Shown: piece after piece, positions 20,187 to 29,237 of the stretch
Position numbering within the stretch: position 1 is the stretch's first letter
Layout: every line of letters starts with the position of its first letter
Source of the DNA: Deltaproteobacteria bacterium
Lineage (GTDB): Bacteria > Myxococcota > Kuafuiibacteriia > Kuafuiibacteriales > Kuafuiibacteriaceae
Direction: 5' to 3'
Length of the DNA: 64,000 nt
NCBI GenBank assembly: GCA_040218735.1
Contig: JAVJQW010000019.1
Span: 320,001 to 384,000, forward strand
Program-made: the position numbers and the translations under genes
Notes under the pieces: model-generated
The model's database searches: none
The model's input: the letters and a program-made list of their open reading frames with translations, nothing else
Told to the model about the DNA's origin: nothing

Positions 20187-21529
20187 CACGGGACCAGCAC
20201 CTCGAAGTGCACCGCCCCGTCGCGCGCGTAGGCCATGAGCAGCGCGCCGGTGCCGGGGACGGCGAACAGGTGCGTGTTCGAATAGGCGCCCGGGTAGAGC
20301 CGTCCGGCGCTCACGAAGTCCAGGGTGTCGGCGATCGGCATGACCTCCGTGACCGCGTCGGCGTCGGCGTCGTATTGGTAGAGCCGCTCGGTGAACTGGG
20401 ACGTCATCGAGTTCCACGGCTCGCCGTCGTGCATGACGGTGAAGGCGCGGCCGTCGTCGAACACCGTGAGGCCGCCGTTCGATCGGATGTCGATCGCACC
20501 GGAGTCGGCGTAGCCCGAGACGTCGCCGCCGAGGTCGTAGTAGCCGATGCCACCGCCGGGCGATGCGTAGAAGATCCGATCGCCGAGCTTACGGCGCTCC
20601 GCGGAGCCGACCATCGCGCGTTGCTCGACCATCGCGAACGACACCGCCCGATCGTCGCTCCGCATGATCGTCTCCGTACGCGTCGGGAGGTTTCGGTCGT
20701 CGGTCCAGACGAAGAGCAGCCCATCGTCGTCCGGGACCAGCTCGGGCTCCCATACCTGCGTGCGGTCCACCGCGAACGTGGACGTCAGCACGAAGGGCTC
20801 CCCGCCGCGCTGCCCGGCCCGCCAGAATCGGACCGTCTCCATGTCGCTCACCCACTGCGAGCTCATGTAGACGTCGTCGCCGTCGACCGCGAAAGCGCCC
20901 GAGTAGCCGAAGGGCGCGTTGTTGACCGGACCGAGATCCACGGGCCGCGGCGGGCTCCAGGTCTCACCGCCGTCGGTCGTTCGCTGATAGACGAGCACGC
21001 CCTGTAAGGGCTCGCCGGTCACGGCGGCGACGTGCGCCTCGCCGTTGTCGGTCGCGATGATCTCGAAGCCCTGCACGTTGCGCAGACCCATCGGGTGGAG
21101 CTGAAAGCTCTCTCCGCGATCGGTGCTCGTCGCCATGTACCCTTCGCCGTCGCAGACGAGGCCGAGGTAGATGCGCTGGTCGCGATCGACCGCGAAGCGC
21201 TGCGACCAGAACGGGATCTGCGTGTCGCAGTCGAGGCCCCCGTCGTCGATCGTGTAGCGCTGGACCGGGAGGAACGGCGCGGTGCAGCCGCCGAGGATGC
21301 AGGCGTCCCCCGCCTCGCACGCGTTGTCACATCCACCGCAGTGGACGGGATCCGTCGCGAGGTCCGCGCACGCGGCGCCGCACATTTCGCGCGGTGCTTC
21401 GCAGGCCTCGGTCGCTCCGGCGTCGCGTGATCCGGCGTCGCGTTCGACCGGTGGCTCGCGAATCGTGTCGACCGGGCCGCCGCTGCAAGCGACCAGGCCA
21501 CCGACGATCACGAGCCACGTCTCCCGCAC
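20186..21529 (-). CDS. Lipoprotein with myxobacterial Cys-rich repeat and BNR/Asp-box propeller
   Basis: Lipobox LVAC; CADLATDPVHCGGCDNAC; Asp boxes STDRGESF, TTDGGETW, RSDDRAVSF. Confidence 0.8.
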   Translation of the reverse strand: MRETWLVIVGGLVACSGGPVDTIREPPVERDAGSRDAGATEACEAPREMCGAACADLATDPVHCGGCDNACEAGDACILGGCTAPFLPVQRYTIDDGGLDCDTQIPFWSQRFAVDRDQRIYLGLVCDGEGYMATSTDRGESFQLHPMGLRNVQGFEIIATDNGEAHVAAVTGEPLQGVLVYQRTTDGGETWSPPRPVDLGPVNNAPFGYSGAFAVDGDDVYMSSQWVSDMETVRFWRAGQRGGEPFVLTSTFAVDRTQVWEPELVPDDDGLLFVWTDDRNLPTRTETIMRSDDRAVSFAMVEQRAMVGSAERRKLGDRIFYASPGGGIGYYDLGGDVSGYADSGAIDIRSNGGLTVFDDGRAFTVMHDGEPWNSMTSQFTERLYQYDADADAVTEVMPIADTLDFVSAGRLYPGAYSNTHLFAVPGTGALLMAYARDGAVHFEVLVP

Positions 21530-21642
21530 CACGACGAGGCTACTACGAACCGCGCGATCGGGTGGCTCGCCGGGCTCGGGTACGCGGACCCCGGATACGA
21601 ATGTTGACACCCGGGGGCTCGGGCCGCCTGGTGGTACGAAAC

Positions 21643-22035
21643 GTGGCGCGTCGTGAGTCCGGACTCGTGCACGAGCACGTCCTCGGGCCGCTCTTCGCGG
21701 CGGCGATGTTGTTCGCGGCGTTCCTCCCCGACTTCGTGCCGCGGCCGCCGTGTGTCTTCCGCACGCTGACCGGTGTCCCGTGCATGACCTGTGGAAGCAC
21801 CCGCGCGGCGTTCGCGCTCGCCCGGCTCGACCCGGTCGAGGCGTGGGTGATGAACCCGTTGATGACCGTCGTGCTGGTGGCGATCGGCGTGTACGTCCTG
21901 CACGCGGCGGCGGTGTTCGCGGGGGTGTCGCGGTCCTGGTCGCTGACGTGGTCGTCGAAGACACGCTGGGCGGGGCGGATCCTCTTGGCGTTGATCGCCG
22001 TCAACTGGGCGTACCTGGTCGCGGTCGGACGTTGA
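21643..22035 (+). CDS. DUF2752 family membrane protein
   Basis: [19 protein letters not shown]...NPL and C-terminal NWAY. Confidence 0.88.
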   Translation: MARRESGLVHEHVLGPLFAAAMLFAAFLPDFVPRPPCVFRTLTGVPCMTCGSTRAAFALARLDPVEAWVMNPLMTVVLVAIGVYVLHAAAVFAGVSRSWSLTWSSKTRWAGRILLALIAVNWAYLVAVGR

Positions 22036-22066
22036 CGCTGGCGACGCCCCCCGCGATAGTCCCGCC

Positions 22067-22420
22067 GTGGATCGCGAAGAGCTCAAGCGCGTCGTGCGGG
22101 AGGTCCTCGAGGACGAGACCGCTTACGGGTACACGTCCATTGCGGAGCGGTTCTCGGGCGGGGCGCTCTTGATCAAACCGCGGGACGAATCGCTTCAAGC
22201 GAAGGAGATCCCGCTGGAGACCTTCTTCCACAAGATCGTGATGGTGCGCGATCGCCTCCGGGTGCTCGAGCAGAAGATCAACGCGAGCAAGGACCTCTCG
22301 GACGCGGCGAAGGTCGACCTTCAGCAGTACATCACCAAGGTGTACGGGTCGCTCACCTCGTTCAACGTGCTCTTCCACGACCCGGCGGATCAGTTCACGG
22401 GCGCGAAGGGGGCCGAGTGA
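22067..22420 (+). CDS. Conserved hypothetical protein
   Basis: [27 protein letters not shown]...[11 protein letters not shown]; strong codon bias. Confidence 0.8.
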   Translation: MDREELKRVVREVLEDETAYGYTSIAERFSGGALLIKPRDESLQAKEIPLETFFHKIVMVRDRLRVLEQKINASKDLSDAAKVDLQQYITKVYGSLTSFNVLFHDPADQFTGAKGAE

Positions 22421-22935
22421 AGCGGCTCGCGCTGGCGCTGTTGTTGTCCACCGCGGCGTGTAAGTCGTCGACGGCGTCGTCGATGGAGGCACTGCAGGAA
22501 TCGGTCGACGCGTACAACCACGCGTACCGCTGGAAGAACTACGAGCGGGCCGCGTCGTTCCTACCGAACGACATGCGCGCGGCGTTCATCGCGGCGTACG
22601 AGGACGACCAGAAGTCACTGCACATCGAGGACTACCGAATCCTCCAGGTCGACGTCGAAGGTGAGGAAGCGGCCACCGTCATGGTGCGCATGTCGTACAC
22701 GCTCCTCCCGGACATCACCGTCCAGAAGCGAACCCTGACGCAGCACTGGCACAAGGTCGGGGGCGCCTGGATCCTGGAGACCGAAGACGACTCGCTGCGC
22801 GAGATCGAGCTGGGCGCTTCGCCCAAGAATCCCGCGGCGTCCGGGGAGCTCACCCCCCCGGCCAGCGAGAACACCGAGGTCGAGGTCACGTCGCCCGGCG
22901 ACGACATCCCCGAGGACGAGTCCGATCCAGAGTGA
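22417..22935 (+). CDS. Hypothetical lipoprotein (possibly NTF2-like)
   Basis: Lipobox STAAC; coupled start; acidic tail. Confidence 0.75.
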   Translation: MKRLALALLLSTAACKSSTASSMEALQESVDAYNHAYRWKNYERAASFLPNDMRAAFIAAYEDDQKSLHIEDYRILQVDVEGEEAATVMVRMSYTLLPDITVQKRTLTQHWHKVGGAWILETEDDSLREIELGASPKNPAASGELTPPASENTEVEVTSPGDDIPEDESDPE

Positions 22936-22966
22936 ACCACCCCCGGCTCGAGGGCCGTCTCCGCCT

Positions 22967-22993
22967 TGAGACGGTCGCCCCCGGGTCCGATGT
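22967..22993 (+). promoter_or_regulatory. Weak sigma28-like promoter upstream of fliS
   Basis: tgag-N15-tccgatgt; the -10 shares TCCGAT with the fliC promoter; the -35 is poor. Confidence 0.35.
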
Positions 22994-23005
22994 CTAGCGC
23001 GTACG

Positions 23006-23428
23006 ATGTCGCGTCAGCACTCGGCCTATCAAACCACCCAGCTCTCGGGCATGTCGCCGGGGAAGGTCGTCGAGGCGGTCCTCGACGGCGCCCTGCGCGC
23101 GACCACCCGGGCGATCGTCGCCGCCGAAGAGGGGCACGTCGCGTTGCGCGGCGAGCAGGTCTCTCAGGCGCTCGCTCTCGTCGGCGAGCTCCAGAGCGCC
23201 CTGGATCTCGAGGCGGGCAAGCTCGCGGAGGATCTGTACGCGTTGTACGACTTCGTGATCACGGAGCTGCTCCAGGGCAACCTGAAGAACGAGCCGGACC
23301 GCTTCACGAACGCCGAGGCCGTGCTCACCGAGATCCACGAGGGGTGGGTGCAGATGCTCGAGGCGAGCGAGCAGGCCCCGACGCCGCCCGTGGCGGCCGG
23401 CGATGCCCGCGTGACCGACTACGCCTGA
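23006..23428 (+). CDS. fliS: Flagellin export chaperone FliS
   Basis: AYQTTQL..MSP...LDGA, ELQSALDLEAG.LAEDLYALYDF, LTEIHEGW. Confidence 0.9.
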   Translation: MSRQHSAYQTTQLSGMSPGKVVEAVLDGALRATTRAIVAAEEGHVALRGEQVSQALALVGELQSALDLEAGKLAEDLYALYDFVITELLQGNLKNEPDRFTNAEAVLTEIHEGWVQMLEASEQAPTPPVAAGDARVTDYA

Positions 23429-23465
23429 CTAATGTTTCGGTTTGAAACGCCGATTCGGTTCGGTG

Positions 23466-25574
23466 ATGTCCTCCCCCGCGAAGACACTCGCGACCGCCAT
23501 CGACCACCACCGCGATGGTCGGCTCGCTGACGCCGAAAAACTCTACCGCCGGATCCTGAAGCGTGCCCCCCAGCACGCCGACGCGCTGCACCTGCTCGGC
23601 CTCGTCCATCACCAACGCGGGCGGCACGACCCGGCGCTCACGTACGTCGACCGCGCGCTCCGCGTCGCGCCCGCGACGCCGTTCTACCTCAACACCCTCG
23701 GCGAGGTTCGACGCGCACGCGGCGAGCTCGGCCCCGCGCGACGTGCGTTCGAAAAGGCGATCGCGCGGAAGGCGGACTACGTCGAGGCGCATCACAACCT
23801 CGGCACCCTCCACCGCGACGCGGGCGACCTCGCGGCGGCCCTCGACGCGTACGATCGTGCGTTGCAGCTCAACCCCTCGTTTGCGCTCTCGCACTGCGGA
23901 CGCGCGACGGTGCTGCGTCGCCTCGGGGACGCGGAGGGGGCCTTCGCCGCTTCGCAGCGTGCGCTCGCGCTCGACCCGGACCTCGCCGACGCGCACTTCG
24001 AGCTCGCGCTGGGTTACCTCCTGTTCGACCGGCACGGCGACGCGCTGACGGAGCTCAAGCTCGCGCTCACCCTCGCGCCCGACGCGCGTGGGCGCTACCT
24101 CCCGTCGGTGGTGATGGGGCTGCGGCGCGCGCAGTTCGACGCCTACGATCCCTGGTACGCGCACCTCCTGGTCGAGCTGTTCGACGACCCGGCGTACGAG
24201 GACCGCGCGGTGCTCCCCGCGGCGCTGACGATGCTCGCGCGCGACCCGATCGTGATCGACGCGATGGTCAACGCGCCGAACCTGATCGCGCTCGCGCACC
24301 GCCCCCTCCTCGCGGCGGTGCTGCGCGCGGAGATCGTGAGTGACCTTCGACTCGAGGGGCTCGTCCTGCGGATTCGCGACGCGCTCCTCGCCGCGACACC
24401 CGACGCGGCGCTCTTGGATTTGTTCGGTGCGGTGGTGGAGCAGATGTTCTTCACCGAGTACGCCAACGCCGAGGAGCCCGTCCCGTTGGTGCTGGACGCG
24501 GACCCGCTGCAGCGCGCCTGGAACGTGCTGTCGGCGGCGACGCACCGCGCGTTGCTGTTCGCGGACGGTGCCGAGATCTTTGACGCGACGTCCCGCGACG
24601 CGTGGCCGGAGCCGGTCGCACGGGTGATCGATCGGGTGTACTTCGAGCCCAAGGCGGAGCGTGCGTGGCTCGCGCGGATCGACGTGCTCACGCCGATCCA
24701 CGACGACACCTCGCGCGACGTGCAGGCGCAGTACGAGACGCACCCCTACCCCCGGTGGATCGATCTTCCGCGCTTCGAGCCGGAGCCGCTCGCGTATTCG
24801 CTGTCGCGGACGCTCGGCGAAGCGGTCGACTTCCCCGAGCACCCGCGGGTGTTGATCGCGGGCGCGGGCACGGGGCGGCACCCTCTGGCGCGCGCGATGG
24901 CGCACCCCGAGATCGATCTGCTGGGTATCGATCTGTCGAAGCGGAGCCTCGCGTACGCGCGGCGCATGGTGGAGCGGTCGGGGGTGTCGAACGTTCGGCT
25001 CGGTCAGGCGGACCTGATGGAGCTGAAGTCGCGCGAGCGCTTTCATCTGATCGAAGCGGTGGGGGTGTTGCATCACCTCGCGGATCCGCTGCGTGGGTGG
25101 CGTGCGCTCGCCGAGCTCCTCGAGCCGGGCGGGGTGATGAAGGTCGGGCTGTACAGCGAGCGTGCGCGGGCTGGTGTCGTCGCGGCGCGGACGTGGGTCG
25201 CCGAGGAGGGCTTCACGCCGACGGCGGATGGGCTTCGTGCGTTTCGGCGGCGGGTGAAGACGGGTGAAGGTGTCCCGGAGGCGGTGCTCGCGGTGACGCG
25301 GTTCCGTGACTTCTACTCGATCGGTGAGCTGCGCGATCTCGTCTTCCACGTGATGGAGCACCGGACGTCGCCGCTCGAGATCGCGACGACGCTCGAGGTG
25401 TGCGGGCTCGAGTTCTGCGGGTTTCAGTTCCCGGAGCCGTCGGTGATGGCGCGGTTCGAGGCCGAGCATCCGGGGCGCGCGCGTGACCTCAGCGCGTGGG
25501 AGGCGTTCGAGATCGAGCACCCCGACACGTTCCGTTCGATGTACCAGTTCTATTGCCGTAAGCTCGGCGGGTGA
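23466..25574 (+). CDS. TPR repeat protein fused to a class I SAM-dependent methyltransferase
   Basis: About six TPRs; VQAQYETHPYPRW; VLIAGAGTG; GIDLS; GVLHHLADP; MKVGLYS. Confidence 0.9.
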   Translation: MSSPAKTLATAIDHHRDGRLADAEKLYRRILKRAPQHADALHLLGLVHHQRGRHDPALTYVDRALRVAPATPFYLNTLGEVRRARGELGPARRAFEKAIARKADYVEAHHNLGTLHRDAGDLAAALDAYDRALQLNPSFALSHCGRATVLRRLGDAEGAFAASQRALALDPDLADAHFELALGYLLFDRHGDALTELKLALTLAPDARGRYLPSVVMGLRRAQFDAYDPWYAHLLVELFDDPAYEDRAVLPAALTMLARDPIVIDAMVNAPNLIALAHRPLLAAVLRAEIVSDLRLEGLVLRIRDALLAATPDAALLDLFGAVVEQMFFTEYANAEEPVPLVLDADPLQRAWNVLSAATHRALLFADGAEIFDATSRDAWPEPVARVIDRVYFEPKAERAWLARIDVLTPIHDDTSRDVQAQYETHPYPRWIDLPRFEPEPLAYSLSRTLGEAVDFPEHPRVLIAGAGTGRHPLARAMAHPEIDLLGIDLSKRSLAYARRMVERSGVSNVRLGQADLMELKSRERFHLIEAVGVLHHLADPLRGWRALAELLEPGGVMKVGLYSERARAGVVAARTWVAEEGFTPTADGLRAFRRRVKTGEGVPEAVLAVTRFRDFYSIGELRDLVFHVMEHRTSPLEIATTLEVCGLEFCGFQFPEPSVMARFEAEHPGRARDLSAWEAFEIEHPDTFRSMYQFYCRKLGG

Positions 25575-26143
25575 CGCACCCGGCCTTGCTCGATCCCTCC
25601 GCCGCCACCGCGACGGCGCCCGACACGTTCACCGTACAGCTCGACACGACGCAGGGTGCGATCCTCGTCGATGTGGATCGCGGCTGGGCGCCGCTCGGCG
25701 CGGACCGCTTCTACAACCTGGTGACGATCGGCTACTACGACGACGTCGCGTTCTTTCGCGTGGTCGACGGGTTCGTCGCGCAGGTCGGCATCCACGGGGA
25801 CCCGGCGGTGAACAAGGTCTGGAAGAAGGCGTTGATCAAGGACGACCCGGTGGTGGCGTCGAACGCGGAGGGGACGGTGACGTTTGCGACGTCCGGTCGC
25901 GACGCGCGCACGACGCAGTTCTTCATCAACTACCGCAACAACGCGCGGCTCGACGCGATGGGGTTCTCGGCGTTCGGGAAGGTGCAGGACATGGACGTCG
26001 CCCGGAAGCTGCACGCGGGGTACGGCGAGGGCGCGCCGTCGGGGCGCGGACCGCAGCAAGGCCGCATCCACCGCGAGGGCAACGTGTATCTACGCGGAGG
26101 GTTTGCGCAGCTCGACTACATTCGCACGGCGCGCGTGGTTTGA
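25571..26143 (+). CDS. Cyclophilin-type peptidyl-prolyl isomerase
   Basis: WAPLGADRF, FFRVVDGFVAQ.G, RTTQFFIN, FGKV. Confidence 0.93.
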   Translation: MTHPALLDPSAATATAPDTFTVQLDTTQGAILVDVDRGWAPLGADRFYNLVTIGYYDDVAFFRVVDGFVAQVGIHGDPAVNKVWKKALIKDDPVVASNAEGTVTFATSGRDARTTQFFINYRNNARLDAMGFSAFGKVQDMDVARKLHAGYGEGAPSGRGPQQGRIHREGNVYLRGGFAQLDYIRTARVV

Positions 26144-26652
26144 TGCGCGCGGCGTTGGTGCTGATCGCCGTGCTGTCGGCGTCCGAGGCGCGCGCGGAGG
26201 ACTGGGCGAACGCGTTCGAGATCGGCGCGTCGTCGGACGCGGACACGGTGGTGATCACGGTGCGTCCGACGCGGGACGGCCACTACGTGAACGCCGACTA
26301 CCCGACGAAGCTCACGCTCGCGTCGACGGGGACGACCTTGTCGAAGACGACGCTGCGTCGCGACGACGCACGGTTCGTCGACGCCGGGCTACCGGGGAAG
26401 GCGAAGCGCGCGACGTTCTCTGTCGGCGCGAAGGGCGACGGCACGATCACGGTGACCTACAAGCTAACGGTGTGCACGTCGAAGGCGTGCTCGCCGCCGC
26501 TGAAGGGGACGTTCACACACCGACACCGCGGGCCTCGTGCCCCGCGTCCGCCTCCGGCGGTGCGCGCGCCCGTGGTGGAGGTGCAAGTTGGCTTGCGCGC
26601 GGAGCGGTGCGGCCATCGTCGGTGGCCGGGGGCGCCCCGGGTCGCTCCGTGA
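26143..26652 (+). CDS. Secreted hypothetical protein (DsbD N-terminal-like beta domain)
   Basis: Signal peptide ending EARA; HYVNADYP; VCTSKAC. Confidence 0.6.
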   Translation: MRAALVLIAVLSASEARAEDWANAFEIGASSDADTVVITVRPTRDGHYVNADYPTKLTLASTGTTLSKTTLRRDDARFVDAGLPGKAKRATFSVGAKGDGTITVTYKLTVCTSKACSPPLKGTFTHRHRGPRAPRPPPAVRAPVVEVQVGLRAERCGHRRWPGAPRVAP

Positions 26653-26691
26653 TCGCAGCGGGCGCCCGTGGAGGGGGGTAGGCTGACGGCT

Positions 26692-28881
26692 CTAGCCGGA
26701 GGGGGCTTCGCTGTTCACTTCGAAGCGCGCGACGGCTTCGTGTTTGCTGACGCCCATCGGCGCGGCGAAGACGTAGACGTAGAAGTCGCCGGCGCGGGTG
26801 AACTGGCAGTCGGCGGCGCTGCGGCGGCCGAGCTGGGAGCGTGAGACGCAGTCCGTGAACGGGCCGGTCGGGCGGTCGCGCTGCGCGTACGCGAAGAACA
26901 CCGACGCGCCGAGCGGGTTGTCGACCTCGAAGTGCGCCGACGCGGCGACGGTGATCTGCGACCGGTCGGGCGTCACGAGCCCGAAGCCGTACGCGAAGAA
27001 GCGGGGGAGCAGGAGCGGTTGCCGCAGGAAGGCGCCGCGGGAGAGCGGCTGCGCGAGGAGCTGCCACTGCGTCTGTTGGGGGAGGTGGGTGAGGACGAAG
27101 ATGTCGGGCGGCGCGAGGAGGTAGTCGGTGCGGTACTTCTCGACGAAGTCGCGGCCGTCGATGTGGCCGGCGTCCCAGGTGACGTCGACGAGGTACCACC
27201 GCCCTTCGAGCTCGACGGCGTTCCAGGCGTGCGATGCGCTGGGGTTGCGCGGCTGCGCGAAGCGCGCGTCGCCCGAGATGTAGACGGCGCGGTAGCCGAC
27301 GGTCTCCATCATCGCTTTGAAGAGCCGCGCGTAGCCGGCACACACCGCTTCGCGTCGGTCGAAGACCGTCTTGGGATCACTCGGGGGGAGGCGGTTGAGA
27401 TCGAAGTCGGCGTCGTAGTCGATCCGTACCGCGATGAAGTCGTGGATCGCTTTGGTGAGCTCGTAGGGATCGCGCACGCGCGACGCGATGTGCTGCGCGA
27501 CTTGTTCGTAGGAGCCCGACGCGCTCGCCGGGATGTTCGTCGCGAGCGCGTGCGGTGACGGGCGGCGCAGCCAATCGAGGTAGCGCTGACGTGCGACGGA
27601 GGTGGGGGGTGCCGGAGGCGGCGCTGTTGGTGGCGGCGGCGGCGTGGTGCGCGAGGGGGGTGGCGGCGGCGGGGGGGCGTCGTCGCTGGGGCCGATGATG
27701 ATGAGGGGGATGTCGTGGTCGGGGTCCGTGCTCACACGCCCCGCTCGGGGAGCCGACGGCGGCGGAGCTGCGGCGCCGGACCCGGAACCGGGGGCCGCCG
27801 ACTCTGAACCCTTGCCCGAGCCCTCGCCCCAGCCCCTGCCCGAATCCGACTCCGAACCCTTGCCCGAGCCCTCGCCCCAGCCCTTGCCCGAATCCGACTC
27901 CGAACCCTTGCCCGAGCCCTCGCCCCAGCCCTTGCCCGAATCCGACCCGGAACCCGAACCCGAACCCGAACCCGAACCCGAACCCGAACCCGAACCCGAA
28001 CCCGAACCCGAACCCGAACCCGAACCCGAACCCGAACCCGAACCCGAACCCGAACCCGAACCCGAACTCGAACCCGAACCCGAACCCGTTCCCGTTCCCG
28101 AACCCGATCCCGACCCGGAACCTGATTCGGACTCCGTACCTGATTCGGACCCGGATTCGGGCGAGGGCTGGGGCTCGGGCTCGGGCAAGGGGTCTGAACG
28201 TGATGCCGAGTCCGAGCCCGATTCGGACTCGGGACCCGGACCGGAACCGGGACCCGGACCGGGTTCGGCGGGGGTACCGACGTCCCAGATCTCCCCGCCC
28301 GGCTCCACACCCGCCGCGCCCGAGCGCACGCGCGTGCGATCCCAACCGACGTCGACCGGCTCGACTTTCACGCTGTCGTCGAAGGCGTCGAACGGGTTGT
28401 CCTCGGCGTACAGGAAGTCGGCGCGATCTGCGACGGCGAGGAGCGCGTCGCGCCAGGGGCCGCGCGCGCCCTCCATCATCCAGTCGCCGCGTGTGGTGAT
28501 CGCCGTGAAGACCACGCGCGGGAAGACGATCAGCGCGACGACGAGGAGCGCGGCGTTCACGCGGAGCGCGGAGCGGAGGATGCGGACGCGCGGGGGCGGG
28601 TGGTCGTCCTCGGTCTCGCCGTAGCGGCGTCTGTCGATGCGGTGCCAGATCTCCAGCAGCAGCGGCACACCCGGGAACACGACCAGGCCCACGACCACCG
28701 CCCATAACAACGACACGTTGAGGTGCACGGCGACCGACGTTGCGATCCACAGCCCGACGAGCCCGGCGACCAGGCTGACCACGTCGATCACGCCGGCGAT
28801 CACCGGGAACAGCACACGCTTCGGCCACGCGTCGTAGTCCTGCGTCGTCCAGTCGCTCACCGCACGCGCATCCTCCCTCAT
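26692..28881 (-). CDS. Membrane-anchored transglutaminase-like (KY/Cyk3-type) cysteine enzyme with long Gly-Ser/Pro linker
   Basis: N-terminal TMs; catalytic triad motifs [20 protein letters not shown]; THLP..WQLL. Confidence 0.9.
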   Translation of the reverse strand: MREDARAVSDWTTQDYDAWPKRVLFPVIAGVIDVVSLVAGLVGLWIATSVAVHLNVSLLWAVVVGLVVFPGVPLLLEIWHRIDRRRYGETEDDHPPPRVRILRSALRVNAALLVVALIVFPRVVFTAITTRGDWMMEGARGPWRDALLAVADRADFLYAEDNPFDAFDDSVKVEPVDVGWDRTRVRSGAAGVEPGGEIWDVGTPAEPGPGPGSGPGPESESGSDSASRSDPLPEPEPQPSPESGSESGTESESGSGSGSGSGTGTGSGSGSSSGSGSGSGSGSGSGSGSGSGSGSGSGSGSGSGSGSGSGSGSDSGKGWGEGSGKGSESDSGKGWGEGSGKGSESDSGRGWGEGSGKGSESAAPGSGSGAAAPPPSAPRAGRVSTDPDHDIPLIIIGPSDDAPPPPPPPSRTTPPPPPTAPPPAPPTSVARQRYLDWLRRPSPHALATNIPASASGSYEQVAQHIASRVRDPYELTKAIHDFIAVRIDYDADFDLNRLPPSDPKTVFDRREAVCAGYARLFKAMMETVGYRAVYISGDARFAQPRNPSASHAWNAVELEGRWYLVDVTWDAGHIDGRDFVEKYRTDYLLAPPDIFVLTHLPQQTQWQLLAQPLSRGAFLRQPLLLPRFFAYGFGLVTPDRSQITVAASAHFEVDNPLGASVFFAYAQRDRPTGPFTDCVSRSQLGRRSAADCQFTRAGDFYVYVFAAPMGVSKHEAVARFEVNSEAPSG
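27798..27941. repeat. Three tandem 48-bp repeats (coding [16 protein letters not shown])
   Basis: ccgactc recurs at 27798, 27846 and 27894. Confidence 0.95.
27950..28087. repeat. (GAACCC)n microsatellite encoding poly(Gly-Ser)
   Basis: About 19 perfect hexamers at 27950-28063, then one variant and three more. Confidence 0.97.
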
Positions 28882-28888
28882 TTTTCGC

Positions 28889-28939
28889 TTGAACCAGGTA
28901 CCCCCCGGGGGTATTAGTTCATATACCTATAGGGGGTAT
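28889..28939 (+). promoter_or_regulatory. Promoter with two tandem CsoR/RcnR-type operators
   Basis: -35-like TTGAAC (28889); palindromic TACCCCCCGGGGGTA (28899-28913) and ATACCTATAGGGGGTAT (28923-28939) match the TAC-C-tract/G-tract-GTA pattern. Confidence 0.8.
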
Positions 28940-28946
28940 CGAAACG

Positions 28947-29237
28947 ATGATGGATGCCGAGACGAAGAAGAAGGTCCTCGCGCGTTTGAAGCGCGCAGAA
29001 GGGCAAGCCGCGGCGCTGCGCCGCATGGTGGAGGAGGACAGCTACTGCGTGGACGTCCTCGTCCAGATCTCCGCGGTGCAGGGCGCGCTGGGGAAGGTCG
29101 GGCAGATCATCCTCGGGTCACACGTTCGCACGTGTGTCTCGGAGGCGTTCGACCGCGGGACCGAGGACGACAAGGTCGCGAAGGTGGAAGAGCTGATGGA
29201 TGTCTTCGGGCGTTACGCCGGGATCGGGAGTCGATGA
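28947..29237 (+). CDS. csoR: CsoR/RcnR family metal-sensing repressor
   Basis: RLKRAEGQ, YCVDVLVQISAV, HVRTCV (Cys-His-Cys ligand set). Confidence 0.9.
   Translation: MMDAETKKKVLARLKRAEGQAAALRRMVEEDSYCVDVLVQISAVQGALGKVGQIILGSHVRTCVSEAFDRGTEDDKVAKVEELMDVFGRYAGIGSR

Noticed and set aside
15169-20231. Very long overlapping ORFs (996 aa and 802 aa)
   Set aside because: Shadow frames of GC-rich genes with no motifs; the same applies to most Arg-rich ORFs in the track
27377-28828. Alternative-frame ORFs with poly(PE), poly(FG) or poly(RV)
   Set aside because: Other readings of the GAACCC microsatellite; only the GS frame joins the TM anchor to the catalytic domain
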